Under the pieces are notes generated by a model. The model saw nothing but the letters and a program-made list of their open reading frames with translations. It searched no databases and was not told where the DNA came from. Positions 12,877 through 25,695 of a DNA stretch of 64,000 nt are shown in pieces (position 1 is the stretch's first letter; each line of letters opens with the position of its first letter). The stretch comes from Balanoglossus misakiensis (lineage: Eukaryota; Animalia; Hemichordata): positions 372,001 through 436,000 of the forward strand of contig CM082590.2 of the NCBI GenBank assembly GCA_040954595.2, given 5' to 3'. A program made the position numbers and the translations under genes.

Positions 12877-14424
12877 GAGGTATGTAGTAAATAAAGACGA
12901 CGTGACCTGGCTCAAGCAGAGAACTGAATGAATGAATGAATGGGGAAACAAAGCACAGCCAGTCTGACCCTAAGGGCCGTGTGCACGGACCAAGCTGATT
13001 GGTCGGAAAGGAAGCTTTAAAGGTCAGCACCGGTGGCGCTGATTGGTCAGGGAAATGGAGGTGGGGCTAGTGAAGACCACCTCGGTGTGTTCACAAAAAG
13101 CATCTGTGACACAACACAAATTTTACTGTGTGAACAACCATCTGGCACCACTGAACAGTTCTCTGGATATTGGTGTCATATAAATGTTTTTGATTGATTG
13201 ATTGATTGATTGACCACTGTTTTTATATAGGAATTACATTATACATGTACATAGTGTATGCTTTGACTGAGAGAAGCCTATCGGTCGTCACTCTGCAGTG
13301 GACGGCTGTGCGAGCAGTCACCAGGTTGGACACAGTTGGCAGAAATCGGAAATGTAAAACAATAAATGTTGGCTAAATAATTTGCTTGACATGCAGAAAT
13401 TTTCAATCATGGATGGAAATTTTGAAACACGTCCGAAATGTGTCTATCCCCATGAACATCAACGCAATCAATGCTGCAGCCTACATAGTACAGGCTACGT
13501 AAACTTCACACAGCCGCCATGCTGGATTTCACAGGGTTAAAATCGAGACTTTTCCATGGCTAAATACGAACATCAGATGTTCGTGAACAGTAAAAAATCT
13601 CTCCTGTATCAATGCGGCGGTCGGGCGCTTCCGCCGTACGACCTCGGGCCGCAAAACCGGTATCAGGGCCATAAGATTATTGCTTGCCAACGAAAATGAC
13701 GCAGTGTTTTTTGATCTGATTAATGTGTGACTGTAGGCGTCGATCATCGACAAAACTCGTAAAAAATATGCGTCAGTTTCATGATTTTTTTTCGTGGGCG
13801 AAACAGGAGACCTTAAACATTTGGCAGATACCAAAATCATGAGAGCCACTCACCTTTCAAACTGTATTTTGACAATTGTTTCTGCGCTGAAAAATCATCC
13901 AAAGGTGATGAGGGCATCCTTCATTTGAAATAAAAACCCTAATTATGCATGCAAATGAGGTACCCAGCTTTGAGAGTGTGAAAGCCAAAAACGAAACAAG
14001 AATATGCCAAAAAGGAGAAAAATGTTGTATGGTGTTCACAGTTCAAGTGGCACTCTGCAAATTTGATTCATTGACACAATACAGGGATATTGGAACGTCT
14101 TTTTCTGTCAACTGTAGCATTAGAATATTGAACATTTGATTGCAGTGATTTTAGTAATTAAACTAGTCTAAACATTAAATAAAGCATGTCCTTGTTTTAT
14201 TTAATTTTTAATAGAAACAATCAGTCTTTCAGTGTCCATCGTTCCGAAGTTAATGTTTGTCATTTATAATTATGTTCTAAGGGACCGTTCAATTTTTACG
14301 ACTGGGGGGGGGGGGGGGGGTGACCTTGGGTGACCTTTGACCTACTTTCGCATATCTCAGCATCCAGAGCAGGTACAGCTTAGGTGTTTGGGTGGATGGG
14401 ACCAAAATAAGAAGCCAAATTTAA

Positions 14425-17100
14425 CACTTTCACTGCGTAGTTAATATATGCTAATGTATTCCTGTGCGTAGTTTCCTATGGTAAATTTAACTAATAAACA
14501 ATGTTTTACTTTACCATCTCTATCTCTTGTAATATGAAAGTATATGCAATGATATTTCCAGCAAGTACAGTGGAACACCGATTATCCGAACACCAATTAT
14601 CCGAATTTCGGATTATCCGAACGCTTTGGTACGGTCCCGGGTACGGTCCCTGAACATTTAATTAGCCATGCCAAGCACCTGTTTTCTCGGCGGTCTGTGA
14701 CATTTCCGCAGGAAAACTGACATTTCGGACAGATTTCTTTGGTCAGTTCTAATTGTTTCTGTTGTAAAGGGCGGTGGGATGTGTTAAAAACGTCTTTATC
14801 ATTGAATATTTCAATCATTTTACGACAACAGAGTGTCACACTTTCGGGTATCGTAACATTCAATACTAGGATTTCACACTCAAGTGTAAAACACGAAAAA
14901 TCACTTGTCGCGTCGGCACGGCTTTGGTCAATTTTTTGATAGTGTGAAGTAGATTTATCGCCGAAATAAGCTTAGCACTGTCGTTGATAATACAAATGAA
15001 AGCCATGGGTTGGATGAGATCGCCCGTCTTCGACTCGTGCGAGCAGACGGTGGAGATCGTCCGAGGTGTCAACATCAAAGACACGGCTTTTCAAACGCAT
15101 GGACTTCATTCCGCGACACAGTGAAGGTGTGTCGGGTCGCGGTCGGTGACCATGGCAGCGCCGATATGAATGACAGCGAAGACGTCACCTCGTGCGGAGA
15201 GCTTGTTTTTGCGCTGTTTGAATGTCACTGACATCGAAGATTTGGAGACTAGCGAGAACTATGACAGATTCGAAACATTAACATATGATGAAATCATCGA
15301 CTTTGTTTCTCAGAAATAAACTCATGGCATGAAAAATTAGGACGATAAAGAGAACGAGACACCAGCTCTAGCGAAATCTACCGTGGCCATGGAAGGCCTA
15401 CGCACGTTCATGGTTTGGTACGATGACCGGCCACATTCGATGTTGAACGGATCAGAACATTGCAGCTTTGACTTCGTCTTTTTTTCTTTCTTTAATAACC
15501 TTTTGAACTCTTAATATATGTATCTTTTATATAAAAGAAGACGAATTGTGTTTTATTATTTATATCAACTTCTTTTCGTGAGTGCATGGAAAATGCATGT
15601 GCATGTGGGAAACATCGTAACATACGCATGCCCCAATGGTGTGGTCAATTTCCTTTGTTCGGACGTGCCAAAATCGATTATCCGAACAATCAATTATCCG
15701 AACAAAATCTAACCCGCCCAACAGGTTCGGATAATCGGTGTTCCACTGTATATTTTATAAGACAACCAACATAATAAAACTGAAAAATGGTCACATGACC
15801 ATTAATTGGTCATGTGACACTGGCGGCCATAATTGATTTCTGTCGAAATATGGTAAAAACAACAGATATTGTAATATAAGTGACTGAAATACTGTATTTA
15901 ATTCATTGTATCACAGCTGACAGACAAAAATAGTCAAAAACAACTTCCCCCTGTATAAAAGGGAATAACAAGTGACTTTTGAGCAAGAAATTTGATCAAA
16001 TTTATTAATGGACCATAAAAACAATTATCAAATCATGCCCACCATTGTATACATGTTTAAAATCTGAGAAAGAAATATAGATTATTAGTGAAAAGGTGAA
16101 TGATTGAATTTGTAAATAAATGATAATAATAAAATAAATTAATTAAGTAATTTATTAAATACTCTACGTTTTAATGAATTGCAAGTTGAAGAAATCAAGG
16201 TTGGTAAATATGAATATACACACATTTAAAAAAAATTCATTAGCATAGTACTGTTTTGGCAATTCATTTCAAATGGATATAATACTCTGACAACATAGAC
16301 TTCTGGCAAAGTCCCATCAAGATTTGCAAAGAAACCTACGCCTTCATTTAATTCAGTGAAGTAGGCATCTAGCGAAATCTTGACCGGAAGGGCAACTCAT
16401 CAATTTCAGGGTTGTCAAAAAATTGTGCGGTGTACATATCAGTTTGCTCTGACAATGAGATCAACTCAAACACATCACCAGGAAAGAACAGCTGAAAAAA
16501 GTCAACCGGTGCAAAGTCATCAGTGTCAACTAATAAACCTTAGCGACGATCGTATACAGACAACCAGTCCGGTGTGTAATTGTCATTTACGTCATACAAA
16601 ACCCACCGCGTGTCACCATCAACGTTACGACGTCCGAGAACATGACAAAAACCCTCCCTCTCTATCTGTCTCTACTCTGTTTTCTCCGTGTCTGGCTTCT
16701 ATTTCTGGTTCTATGATGTTGTTGTCCGTAATTTGGCTTCCGCTATCGCTATGATCGCTGTCACTATCCTGAAAGACTTGTTCAAGAACTTCGTCGGCAT
16801 CAAACTTTGCCCATGTCGCCATTTTTAAATACCAAGTGAATGAAAAAATATGATCGGGGCGACCTAAAATCAGCTGTATAAGGAAACCCTTTGATGACAA
16901 AATCGACTTGATTGTTTACAATACATATGAGCATGCTCAATTAGGGTTGACCCCTGTCCTATATATAGTCATACAAAATGAGTAAATAAGCAAGGAACAT
17001 AAAATAGAACAGACCAAGTAACGGACGCGATCTTGGCGCATTTATGCGCCTCCCGCATTCTGACTGCCGGCCCAGAAAACGCCCTCCCGCAGCGAAAGTG
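14425..17100 (-). mobile_element. Internally deleted piggyBac element
   Basis: TTAA TSDs (14421-24, 17101-04); 13-bp TIR CACTTTCACTGCG / CGCAGCGAAAGTG. The minus-strand remnant MATWAKFDADEVLEQVFQDSDSDHSDS resembles the acidic N-terminus of a piggyBac transposase. Confidence 0.85.
14568..15748. mobile_element. pogo/Tigger-type (Tc1-mariner) non-autonomous element
   Basis: TA TSDs; perfect 24-bp TIR CAGTGGAACACCGATTATCCGAAC; reiterated ATTATCCGAA subterminal motifs at both ends. Confidence 0.9.
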
Positions 17101-20100
17101 TTAAAGGTCACCTGTGACACCTGCTCAACTCATTAACTATGTGCATACCTAATTCCAGGCAAACCAATAGGGCTACAGGTCTGGTTTTTGTTGGACATGG
17201 ACCAGTATGGGGTCAAATTTTTTCCCCAAACTTCGGATGTCCTTGGGTGACCTTTGACCTACTTTCACATATCTCGGCATCCAGAGCAGGTACAGCCTAG
17301 GTGTTTGGACAGACGGGACCAAAATAAGAAGCCAAATTTTAGAGTCACCTGTGACACCTGCCTAACTCAGTAATTATGTGCATACCTAATTCCAGGCTAA
17401 CCAGTAGGGCTACAGGTCTGGTTTTCGTTGGACATGGACCAGTATAGCGTCAAAATTTTCTGCTCATATTAAGCGTGACCTCACATGACCTTTGACCTAC
17501 TTTCCACATCTGAGCATCCACAGCACATACACCCTTGGCATTTGGAGTGATAGAACAACTAATGCAGTAATTAAATATGCACAAATCTATCTCCAGGCGA
17601 ACCAATAGGGCTAGTAATGTCTCGAAACCTGCTTATTGCTGTTCACAGCTATATTTGAAGTATATAATAGTATATCGTTGCAATAAAGAAATCTACGATC
17701 AAATTAAAATGACAAGTCAATATAATAGTTGCTAGAATCGGTAAAACAAGAAAAGTGGCAGGGGTGGGCGTGGGAGGGGGTGTCCCCCTCCCACATAAGA
17801 AAATTTTGTCAAATACGGTGCTCAAAGTTGCAATTTAATGAACTCAAAAAGCAAAAGAACTCAATGTTAGGGAGGACAAATTTTAATTTTGCCACTGCAC
17901 TCGAAGTTAGAAGATTTGGCGTCATCTTGTCATGACATCATTTGTAAAACTTCTAGTTATATAGAAGATGCAGCACGAAACTATCAGTTATGCGAAATGG
18001 TTTAAACGATTATTCTCCTTTATGTATTTACTTTATTGTTATTAAATATCATCAGTGGGGTTGGGGTGGCAAGCACTCTGCCCTGGTACACTAGACAATC
18101 CAGCAAAAATCGAAATGTGGCAGAGAATGCAGGGGGTGGTTTAGAAAATTTTGTAAAATAAAGGGCGCGAAACTGCAATTTTGTGGACTCAAAAAAGCAA
18201 AAGTTTGGTGGCAAAAGTATGTGATCCCCCCTAAACGTTTAAAAAAAACAGATGAACCCCCTCCCCTTTTGGACTTCAAAATTTGAGTGACCCCCCCCCC
18301 CCCCCCCGCCCGTAAAAGCTGAACGGTCCCTAATGTCACAGTGCTACAAAAAGACGTAGTTCCTATCTCCCTGTACTGTGCCCCCATTTCAACACCTGTG
18401 GTAACGTAATATTAGCATGTTATTCTGACATACTATCTGTTGATGCCAACTATCTTGTCATTGACGTACTGAGAAAATATACCAAAATGCATTAATATAA
18501 TATCTGACGTACCAACCAATCCCATAGCTCATTTCAGGAAGCTGAATTAACCATGTTAACCGTAACCATAACAGTGCAAGTCAGCAGCAAACAGTGTTAT
18601 TTTCATTCTCTCTAGAGTACCAGGCCAACTCACAGGGATTTATTCAGGGAAAGTGGAGAAATACTTATATAATAGAAACTGAATAAGTGTGTTGTCTGTT
18701 AGCTCTTAGTCCATGGGCCAGAGACCGAAACCCTCCCCCCCCCCCCCCCTGAGGAGTTTTGCAGACATATACTTTTGGAAAGCCTATTTATCCAGCGGTC
18801 AGAATCAGGTTATTTGCACTCATATTAATGGTGGGTGTGGCCGTGAGGAGCAGTTGTCATGGTAATGATAGCATAATTTTAGGGGTACTCGTACAGTTAA
18901 AAAATGACATATTTCAGGATCTGAGAAAGCTAGAGAAAAAATTTAAACATTGAGTCTTGTAGGGTACGGGCTATCAAATGATTACATGACCGACAAGGTC
19001 AGAGGTCAAGTTGATCAAAACGTGGGGTCGAAGTAAAAATTTCGCTATGATTCACGTCTTTGATATTAAGTTATATTAAAATTCTGTTACCATAACGACG
19101 GATAGCAGATTTTGCGAAAATCACAAAAATAATATCCTGATATCTTTGCTAGCAATTAAGCTTTAGATAAAATTTAAACACTCAAACTTGTAATGGCGGG
19201 TGCGATCTTTTGATTGCTTACTTGAACTTTGGGGTTCAAGGTCAAGGTCATCCTCAAATTTCGGGTCAGAGTGACAAAATGGGCATTATGGACTTTGTTC
19301 AAAATGACACTTTACGGCGAGCGTTTACTACACTGTTTGGATTTAGAATGCTATAATTTGTATATTTTGATATAAATATATATGGATAAGATCCCACTTT
19401 TATTCCTGGATATTATTACATAAAAAAACGCGACCGTGGGAGTTCGAGTCATGCTGATTTATGCGTTATCCCATGATGCCACTGCGGCAATAGTCCAGAC
19501 AACCCGATCGAATATCTGTGTTTTAGGCACAGAGATAATTCGGAAATTGTCGGTAAAGCACTTAAGACACATTATACTCAAAAGTAATGTTTTTAAATCA
19601 CAATCATTCATAATCATACAAAATGAATGCTACATTCAAAAAAAAATATTTGCTCATGATGTGAAAAATGTTGACCGGTTGATTGTCATTGCATGGCCTC
19701 CATCTTGCTGATGAAACGTCCAGCGCAAGGTTCTGCAACTTTTCATCATGGTGTAAAGGTAGGGAACACAGTCAATGCCTGAGATGGATTGTGATCTTTT
19801 GACTTCCCCGAATAAGGGCTTTCTAGATTCCCTGCCTGCTAATGAACTTATGGAAATAGTTCACAATTTTGTGGAAGACATCATTGAACAGCATTTCCCG
19901 CTTATGGCTGAGTTTAGACAAGAGAGGAGTAACTGTTAACTTTTGGTATGACTTTGTGTACAGTATTGCTGCCATTAAAACTCTACCTACCGGTAGAAAT
20001 GTAAGTGCATTAAGAAATGGTGATTTTGATATTTGCCAAACTGCTAAGAATCAGCTATTATTACCACTGTTGTTTTGTGCCAATTGAAACGAACTATGCA

Positions 20101-20189
20101 AGATACATGTCAGTACTTATTCTAAATTGTGATGCATAGAATACCTGAAAGTGTACAAGAGTCAATAAGGGACCGTTCAGTTTTTATGG

Positions 20190-20223
<34 letters not shown>

Positions 20224-20269
20224 AGTTTGTGTCTTCGGTTTTCAAAATCAGGCCGACCCCCTTCACCCA

Positions 20270-20700
20270 GGACCAAAATTATAAATATGCAAATTTTGCA
20301 GCAATTTAAACAAAACTTTGTAACTCAGATCACCTATATGAAGCTCCATACTACATTTCAAAGAAGTCAGCTGATCAATTCCAGAAAAGTAGATTTATTT
20401 ACCAAAAATGTGGAAAAAGACAAAAAATCAATATGACCAGGGGTTGTTGAGTTTCTGAGTTTTGACTAAATTTAGGTTTTTCCCATCTAATTTGCATATT
20501 TTTGGCAATGACAACTTCGTTTGAACAAACTCAAATGTACAGCCAAGTCTGCATCTACATACCAAATATTGAGGTTATACGCGCAGTGGTTTTCAAGTGT
20601 TTGATGTGGATGGACATACAGACATACACCCATCCATTCAGACGCAACCAATCCTATAAGGTCCCACGGGTATATACATATACAAATGGGACCTAAAAAC
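20270..20700 (-). mobile_element. Third HINE-like family fragment; other copies at ~23265-23648, ~26545-27365 plus 31390-31885, ~55310-55600 and ~8405-8465
   Basis: Shared text GCATATTTTTGGCAATGACAACTTC...ACACCAAATAT, a (CATA/CAGA)n microsatellite and a terminal hairpin AGGTCCCA...TGGGACCT followed by AAAA. Confidence 0.65.
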
Positions 20701-22130
20701 CGCAAACTTTGCCTGGAAAAACTTAAGAACTATCGGCCAATTTTTAACATGCCACTTGTGGCCAAAGTACTGTAGAAGGTAGCTGCAGCTGAGCTTTATC
20801 GGCATCTGAAAGAAAACAACTTGTATACAAAGATGCAATCTGCATATCGTAAACATCATAGAATGGAAACGGCAATTGTTCGCGTTTATACTTCGAGCCA
20901 TTGATCGACAACAAGAAGTCATCCTGATATTAGACATATCTGCGGCATTTTATACATTTGACCACCAGATTTTACTTGACAGATTGCAACATCATTTTTG
21001 TATAGCTGGTTTGGCACTTTCATGATTTAAATCATATTTTTTAAAAATTGAGTTTACTATATGTACTTGTTGAAGGAGCCCAAGCTGGAGGTGACACTTT
21101 GAAATTTGGAGTTCCGCAGGGATTGGTGCTTGGGGCAATGGGCCGATCCTTTTCAATATTTATACATCACCCTTGGAGACCCTGATTTTCAAGCACTATA
21201 TCAACTGTATGATGTATACTGATTACTCCCAGTTGTATATGATTATGAAGCGAACACAACACCCAGCAGCGATGTCAAGTATTGAAGCCTATATTGAAGA
21301 TATCAGAGCATGGTATACATCAAACAAGCTTAAACTGAATTAAAACAAGACTTACACTTTAGCAAAACAGTTTCTATACCATGTATAGAAATTGGCGAAA
21401 GCTCTGTTTGTGCATCATCAGTTAAACGTGATCTTAGTGTTATGCTTGATTCAGAACTTAAAATGACAAATCATGTAAACTACATCTACAAGACAGCATC
21501 TTTAGCAATTAGACAGATTAATCAAATTCGCTGATACTTTGACAATGCCAGCAATGAAAAACAAGTCCATGCTTTTATTACGTCTAGACTGGATTACTGC
21601 GATGCAGTTCTGTGTGGACTTCCGAAAAAAGAGCTGCAAAAATTACGAGTTCAAAATACTGCCGCTAGACTTGTCGTCAGAAGCTGAAAATATGACCATA
21701 TCTCTCCTGTATTATGATATCTTCACTGGTTGCCTGTGAAGGAGACTACAAAATAGACTACAAAATTCTACTAACTGTCTATAAGGCCTTAAACGATTCT
21801 TGTCCATCGTACATCTCTGATCTCTTATCTTTGAAAAATACGTCACATAATTTGCGTTCCAACCACAATATTACACTGACTGTTCCACGTTTTGCAACTT
21901 CTACTAATGGCTTTCTCTGTTGAAGGTCCAAAATTATGGAACTTTGTTCCTTTTAAAATTAGATCAGCTACTTCAATTGGATCTTTTAAAACTCAGCTTA
22001 AAACCTTCCTTTTTATCGATTTTTAACCGTTTTGTGATTTTATACTAGACTTTTTTCTTTTTAATGTTTTTGTAAAGCGCTTAGAGGCTTTCAGCATAAT
22101 GCGCTTATAAGAACTATTTCATTAAATAAT
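20700..22130 (+). pseudogene. Decayed L2/CR1-type LINE RT and 3' end
   Basis: Remnants of YRPISN, SAYRKHH, LDISAAF, FGVPQG, SRLDYC, LHWLP, YKILLTVYKAL, PKLWN and SFKTQLKTFLF; tail GTAAAGCGCTTAGAG...GCGCTTATAAG. Confidence 0.85.
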
Positions 22131-22145
22131 AACACATGATAGCAA

Positions 22146-22719
22146 TAGACTGTCGACAGTCCCTCGCGCCTAATGTGTATCGATTCGGCGTTTCGTGCGA
22201 GGGCCGAAGGCCCGATTCGGCGTTTCGTGGTGCGAGGGCCGTAAGGCCCGAGGGACTGTTATAGCTTGTAAGCCTTGCCTTGATATTAATTATGCATGCA
22301 GAAAATGACTTAGTAAAATTTGCATATGGGGGCGTAAATCAACGGCGAAACAACCAAAACTATCGATGACGGTTCCTCGGTAAATTCGCCGATCCTGTCC
22401 AAGAGAAAAGGTGCGATTTCATACGCCAAAGACTTCCCACTGCCCGTTGGCGACGCAACAAAAACATCTTTGCCGTTTATGACTTTATGACGTATATTAA
22501 CTGTCAATCATTTTACAGGGGCATTTTCCCACAGTGCCCGTGTGAGGGCGAAACAAGGTATAACAGTCCCTCGGGCCACGCCCATGCCCGAGGCCTTACG
22601 GCCATCGCACCACAAAACGCCGAATCGGGCCTTCGGCCCTCAAAAGATACGGGACTTACGGCCCTCGCACGAAACGCCGAATCGATACACATTAGGCGCG
22701 AGGGACTGTCAACAGTCTA
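22146..22719 (-). mobile_element. AcademH-like non-autonomous DNA transposon carrying a RecQ-type helicase fragment
   Basis: TAG...CTA termini with long (>60 bp) TIRs; 8-bp TSD GATAGCAA (22138-45, 22720-27). Internal [18 protein letters not shown]...IVLVVSPLI matches SF2 motifs I and Ia. Confidence 0.8.
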
Positions 22720-23719
22720 GATAGCAAGGCAATATCACGATTTGAAGCCTGCACGAGGGATGGTGATCTCTGACCATAATATTGATGATGCCCAAACCTC
22801 ACGTATTATACCGTATTCGTGATTGGCTGATTTGCACTCACGTGATATAGAACAAAAAGTGATATAACATGGCTAATGTTGATAAAGCCCTGTCGCGTGC
22901 GCTGATATTGCCCGCTGGGTTGTTTTGGTGTTCTGCGCGTGACTTCTGCGCGTTCCAAACTGTCGTTCAATAGCTTCCTCCATGATCAGTCAACTCCTAT
23001 GGCTTCAAAGCGACACATAGGCTTAATACCTGTTCAACTGGACGATATTTGACTGCAAACGGGCAGCCTAAATACACCAAAATCACAACCAACAGTGCAG
23101 TATCCTCAAAATTATCTGAGTTCGAAGTAGGTATAGTTCTTGAGAGATCGATACATTTTACATTCTCAGCAACGTACGACATGGACACAACCCTACGTTC
23201 TTCTATTCTACAGTGTACGTACATTCAAATGTTTGGGGTAATAATTATTATTATTTACCAATAACGTGGACTAAAATACAAAAAATGCATAAAAAATAGA
23301 AAATCAATAATATTAGCTCAAAACATACAGGACTGATTGAGGTAGATATAAGATACATGCAAGCCAATTTTCAAATCAATCTCACCAGTGGTTGTTGAGT
23401 TTTTGAGTTTTGACCAATTTCACATTTTCCCAGCTAATTTGCATATTTTTGGCAATGACAACTTCATTTGAACAAACTCCCATCTACAGCCCGACCTACA
23501 TCTACACACCAAATATCAAGGTTATACGCGCAACGGTTTTCAATTTTTTGATGTGGACGGACATACAGAGATACATACATCCATATAGATGCAACCGATC
23601 CCTTAAGGTCCCATGATATATACATATAAACCAAATGGGACCTAAAAACCCATGCAGGCAATTCAAAGGATTAACCTACATAATGTCAAATGTTAGAGCC
23701 TATATGGTACAAGACTTAC

Positions 23720-23926
23720 ATTCATTGTCATCTGATTAATTTCTTCTTCAAGTAGTTTTACTTTCTGTTCTTTTTCACTGACCAATCTCTTCAACTGTTC
23801 CACCACACCCATATCTTGGACATTCTTGGTCTGTAGTAGTTGCACTTCTCTTTGCTGTTTGTCCTTCACTTCTTTTTGTAACCTGGCGTTATCTTCAATA
23901 ATCTGTTTCATCTGACCTTGTTGAGT
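23720..23926 (-). CDS. Probable internal exon (69 codons, phase 0-0) of a coiled-coil host protein
   Basis: Acceptor TCTCTGTACAG|, donor |GTAAGT; 207-nt open frame TQQGQMKQIIEDNARLQKEV...LLEEEINQMTMN with heptad character. Confidence 0.75.
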
Positions 23927-24984
23927 CTGTACAGAGATAGCAGGATTGACTTTATTACCTTATAGTACACTGTTTTCTGTAAAAAATACTGGATGCCATG
24001 ATATACTGATCATGGTGTCCATATTATAGTACACACTTCTGTTGTACAACACTAGACAGCTGACTGTCAAAAAATACTGAACACAGTGCCAACCTTGTTT
24101 CATATTGCTTTGTTGCGTTTGTACAGAGATTGCAGGATTCACTGAACCAGTGTTTGAGCACACTCAAATATATGCACATGGTAACTCAGTACAGTAGTGT
24201 TACATTCACTACACAAAGCCAGGCTCAGCTGGCCAGGCACAACGTATTGAACTCTGATCTTTGCAGATGTCAAGCTGTTCTAAACATAAACTTCCATAGC
24301 AACATGTACACTCAGCACTGATTTTAGACTAAAATGTTGTAATTCTTTGTATTGTCACACTCAAAGGTTCCTGTTTTGAGACATTTTACAGCAAGGCCAC
24401 AACCCGTTGAAAATATGCAAATTTGGTAAGAGTTGAGGACACAATTTTTTTGTTCCAATGAATCTACTGCCCAATATTGCACATATACTGATGATGCGAG
24501 ACCTGTAATTTGTTTCCCATAGATGACAAAGGTAGTATTGAACTAAATATTCCTATTTCATATCATTCAGGGAGCCAAAACCCATTAACTGCTGTCAGAA
24601 CACGGTCTGTTTGTGGACAGGTAAAATTTTGGTGCAGGCAAGTCCATTGTGTTATGATATGCCACTATCATTGCACACCACATGGGGTGCGTTCGACGCA
24701 CAAAGCGTTCGGTAACGTTCGGTAACGTTTTCATGTCGAACGATCTTTTGTCATTGTTTTTCGCGAACATTTTGTAACAATGGAAGGCATAAGACGGAGG
24801 TGACTCGCGGCAAACAACTCATTAATTGAAAATGGCGGGCATGTTAGCCGAAGTACGACTCGCAGGGCATATTTTCGAAGAAGTTGCAGAATATTTGTCG
24901 ATTTAGGTAGTGATAGTATGCAAATTAGCTGGAAAAATGTGAAATTTATCAAAACTCTGAAAGTCAACAACTACTCGTCAGATT

Positions 24985-25695
24985 GCTTTAAAAATTGGTA
25001 TGCATGTACCATATGTCAACCTCACATCGACCTGTAAGTGTTAAGTTAATATCATGGATGTTTTATTTTTTATGAATTTTTTAGTCTTTTTATTAAATTT
25101 ATACCTTTACTTATACCTCTATGGTTAAGCTATGTCCACGTCTTATTGTGGAATTCTGGTCTGTGCAATAGTCCTGTACAGTGACTGTCTATTGGTCAGT
25201 GAGCACAATGGGGCCAAAATAAAAGGCAAATTTTTGGGCTCACCTGTAACACCTGCTTAACACATTAATTATGTGCATACCTAATTCTGGGCTAACTAAT
25301 AGGGCTAGAGGTTTCGTTCTTGTGGGACATGGACCAGTATAGGGTCAAAATTTCTTGCCCAAATTTTGGGTGACCTCAGGTGACCTTTGACCTACTTTCC
25401 TACATCTCGGCATCCAGAGCAGGTACAGACTTGGCATTTGGAGGGTTGGGACTAAAATTGAAAAGCCAAAATATGGGTCACCTGTGACACCTGCATATCT
25501 CATTCTTTATGTGCATACCTAATTCCAGGCTAACCAATAGGGCTATAGGTTTGGTTTTTGTCGAACATGGACCAGTATAGGGTCCAAATTTCTTGCCCAA
25601 ATTTTGCATGACCTCAGGTGACCTTTGACCTACTTTTCCATATCTTGGCATCCAGAGCAGATATGCTTATTGCTATGTTGCTATGTGCTATGTCC
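24985..25695 (+). mobile_element. Truncated HINE family A fragment with ~238-bp monomers
   Basis: Reverse complement of sequence in the 36-41 kb copies, including the GCTTATTGCTATGTTGCTATGTGCTATG segment. Confidence 0.75.

Larger units (their letters stand above)
8968..13097 (-). mobile_element. Tyrosine-recombinase retrotransposon (DIRS/Ngaro type), decayed
   Basis: 14-bp terminal inverted repeat TTTGTGAACACACC (8968-8981) / GGTGTGTTCACAAA (13084-13097). Gene order on the minus strand is gag, RT, RNase H, YR. It interrupts an L2 tail. Confidence 0.9.
14320..17656 (+). mobile_element. HINE family B 3' portion (14320-14424 and 17101-17656), split by a piggyBac
   Basis: Removing the piggyBac restores GAAGCCAAATTTAAAGGTCACCTGTGACACC. 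The element ends in GTCTCGAAACC...GCTG-TTCA-CAGC-TATATTT. Confidence 0.8.
14281..18330. mobile_element. PIF/Harbinger-like MITE enlarged by nested insertions
   Basis: TAA|GGGACCGTTCAATTTTTACG...poly-G and poly-C...CGTAAAAGCTGAACGGTCCC|TAA; an orphan left end of the same family lies at ~20169. Confidence 0.6.

Noticed and set aside
13220-14270. Probable DNA-transposon remnant (shares ~190 bp with 5515-5710); similarly 18700-19480
   Set aside because: It looks repetitive, but I could not define matching termini or TSDs.
22310-22507. Host RecQ helicase gene exon
   Set aside because: It is an isolated fragment enclosed by TIRs and a TSD, better explained as transposon-derived.
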